Below, piece after piece: positions 61,693 through 64,000 of a stretch of 64,000 nucleotides of DNA. The position numbers and the translations under genes were made by a program. The notes under the pieces were generated by a model. That model searched no databases. It was not told the origin of the DNA and was given only the letters and a program-made list of their open reading frames with translations. How positions within the stretch are numbered: position 1 is the stretch's first letter; every line of letters starts with the position of its first letter. The DNA comes from the human T2T-CHM13v2.0 reference genome, Homo sapiens. The stretch lies in NCBI RefSeq assembly GCF_009914755.1, contig NC_060926.1; one strand, written 5' to 3'.

Positions 61693-63235
61693 TTTCACTA
61701 AGGAACATGACATTAGTTCCGTGTCTGAAATTTGACACTATTGCTGAGTCCTCTAAAGGAGTAAACCCAAACGTTTATGTTATTCTATTAGTGAGGTTAT
61801 GTTAAGGCCAGTTACTGAGCCACCTGAACCTCCTAAATGTTAATTAATGAAGCGATATACCTTACCCAGGCAGTTTAAAAATAACGTAGGTAATTTTCAA
61901 CTAGCTATGTTTACAAAGAAATCAATATTTTATTCTTTGGACATCACCAATTATCTCAAATGATCTTTTTACTTTTTTAGTGGTATTAATAAGGGGCAAG
62001 AAAAACATACTCTAAATTTCAGACATTAATTTGTGATGAACTGCTTCTGAAAGAGGTAGTTCTACATGGAGTGAACCAAGGTAAATAGCAGCAGGGATCT
62101 TTTCATATTACTCAGGATAAAAGAATGACAAATGTGTTCTATAAAGAGGATTTGACACAAATTTAAAACTTTAAAAACATTACGCTTTATATTAATTACT
62201 ACAGTTATGAAAGAGTATCAGAATTACATATTAATATTTGTAGTTTCCATTAAACTTTATTTAACAACAGTTAATGATGCTCTTGAGCAATGCTAGACAT
62301 TATAGTTAATATATAATTGAGCTTCAGAGCAGAATACTGGAAACAGAATGGAAGCTGAAGACAGAGGGCTTTGGTACACATCCCTGCTACCCCACTTACT
62401 GGTTATTTGACCTTGGATGAATTATTTATTAGTTTCTCACCTGTAAATTTGAAATAATAATATTCTTAGAAATGAATGAAATCATATGAAAAACACTTTA
62501 AGCATTTTGTCATTGTCATAAGTGTTCCCATCTTCAAAAAAATTTTTAATTGTTAACTGCCTGTTTATAGGTCTATGAAATTTTTAAAAAATTGTAGCCT
62601 ATATAAATAGAGCACGTTGTCTATGATCAAAACAACTATATGGTGATAATCAGCAGTTAATTAAGGAAGATTGTTTCCAGATACCAAATTACTTGGCCAT
62701 ATTTGCTTTCATTGATGAAACTTATTAACCATAACTCATTGGAAGTGGCCAGCTCCCTTGGCATCTAGAGTCATGTGGCATGAAAATATTGTATGTCATT
62801 TACAGTTTTCCATTTATAAGTCTATCAGATATATTTCATTTCTGTATCTAGCCTTTCTGTTAAACAGTGCTTTAGCTGTGGTGGTGCCAATATTTTAAGC
62901 TTCAGATTTTGAAGCAGAAGATTCCTAATAGTGTACATATGGCTGTAAATATTCCACACCCTGAAGCAACGCAGAGGACCACAGGGATATCTGGAAGAAT
63001 TTCAAAATGTCTGTAGCATGCAATAGTAGTTAGAGAGTATATACATGATGTTAAATAGTATGAGAATGAATGACATATAAACAGTTTTTAAACATCATAA
63101 ATATAAGGCAATTCTAAATAATAAATCTAAAATAACTCTAGGTAAGTAATTTATTAGAATAATTGAATAATAATAATTTAAGAACTAGCTAAGCCAAATG
63201 CTGAAAATCACAAGTAATAATTTCATCGGGACAAT

Positions 63236-63273
63236 TTCAGTATTACCTGTAAAATTCAGTATTACCTGTAAAA
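63236..63273. repeat. Perfect 19-bp tandem duplication
   Basis: TTCAGTATTACCTGTAAAA x2. Confidence 0.9.
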
Positions 63274-64000
63274 TTATAACATTATGATTAACAAAAATAT
63301 TTTTGACATAATTTATGGAGGTTGCCTTCTTTCACATATTTAGATATGTAACTTTATGTTTCTCTTTCAAACATACTAATTTTATCTCTAGTAAAATTAT
63401 TAAAATTAACAAGATTTAAAATACAAACATAAACCTGGTGATTCCTCAAGGTTCATAATTTTCTATATTGCAGCTTAGCTTTTCTCAAATTGATATATCT
63501 GCCTAAAAGTATACCTATAGGTTGTATACCTATGCAACCTATCGGGTTGTCCTTATGTGTGCAAGTAACAGGCAATGTGATTTTACTGGCTTGTTTTGTT
63601 TATTTATAGTACCTCTCCCACCCAAACAGAAGTGCAATGTCTTACTATAAATAGCTACATCATAACATACAAAACATTAATCAAGGAAACTGAGATCAAG
63701 GAAAAAATGAATATAGAAAAAATAAGATGTAACCTAAAGTAAGGTTAGAATGCATATGGCTCAGTGTGCTTGCCAGAGAATGGCTACAAATTTAGCTCTA
63801 AGGAAAAAAACATGATCAGTTTACGATATACAGTGTCCATATGCTCAGTAGGTGTGGTTATTTCTGGTGCTGAGATCTATGAGACATCTCTCCCGGGCAT
63901 GGTCATAAAGTGGGCCCTCTCTGATGTAGTTAACAGCCATCAATAACAATAACATCTCCAGAGGTTATGTCTCCTAGGCCTTTTCATATAACATCTCTCT

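Noticed and set aside
63510-63550. Short hairpin ATAGGTTGTATA-CC-TATGCAACCTAT
   Set aside because: 12-bp imperfect stem with 2-nt loop in AT-rich DNA; too weak to call.

Overview
Human genomic DNA (AT-rich, dominated by retroelements). I recognise it as the 3' part of the prostate-cancer lncRNA SCHLAP1 (2q31.3) on the + strand, from a 69-nt internal exon (33164-33232) and the terminal exon (from 55898, ending in a THE1 LTR). A processed FTH1 pseudogene (likely FTH1P20) lies on the - strand at 6153-7094. The main feature is a full-length L1HS Ta-1d element (40415-46502) in sense orientation in the last SCHLAP1 intron, with intact ORF1, ORF2 and ORF0, a perfect 17-bp TSD and a pure 73-A run. 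It looks very young, retrotransposition-competent and possibly non-reference. The first 25 kb is a nested stack of old L1s (L1ME host, L1MA3, L1MA4) containing the pseudogene and MaLR LTRs. The rest is Alu, L2/MIR, HAL1, LTR and DNA-transposon remnants plus one long hairpin. No host protein-coding gene is visible. I found no wholly new biological system; the best candidate for novelty is the L1HS-in-SCHLAP1 allele. Repeat subfamily names, consensus comparisons and locus identity come from memory and need RepeatMasker/BLAT confirmation.
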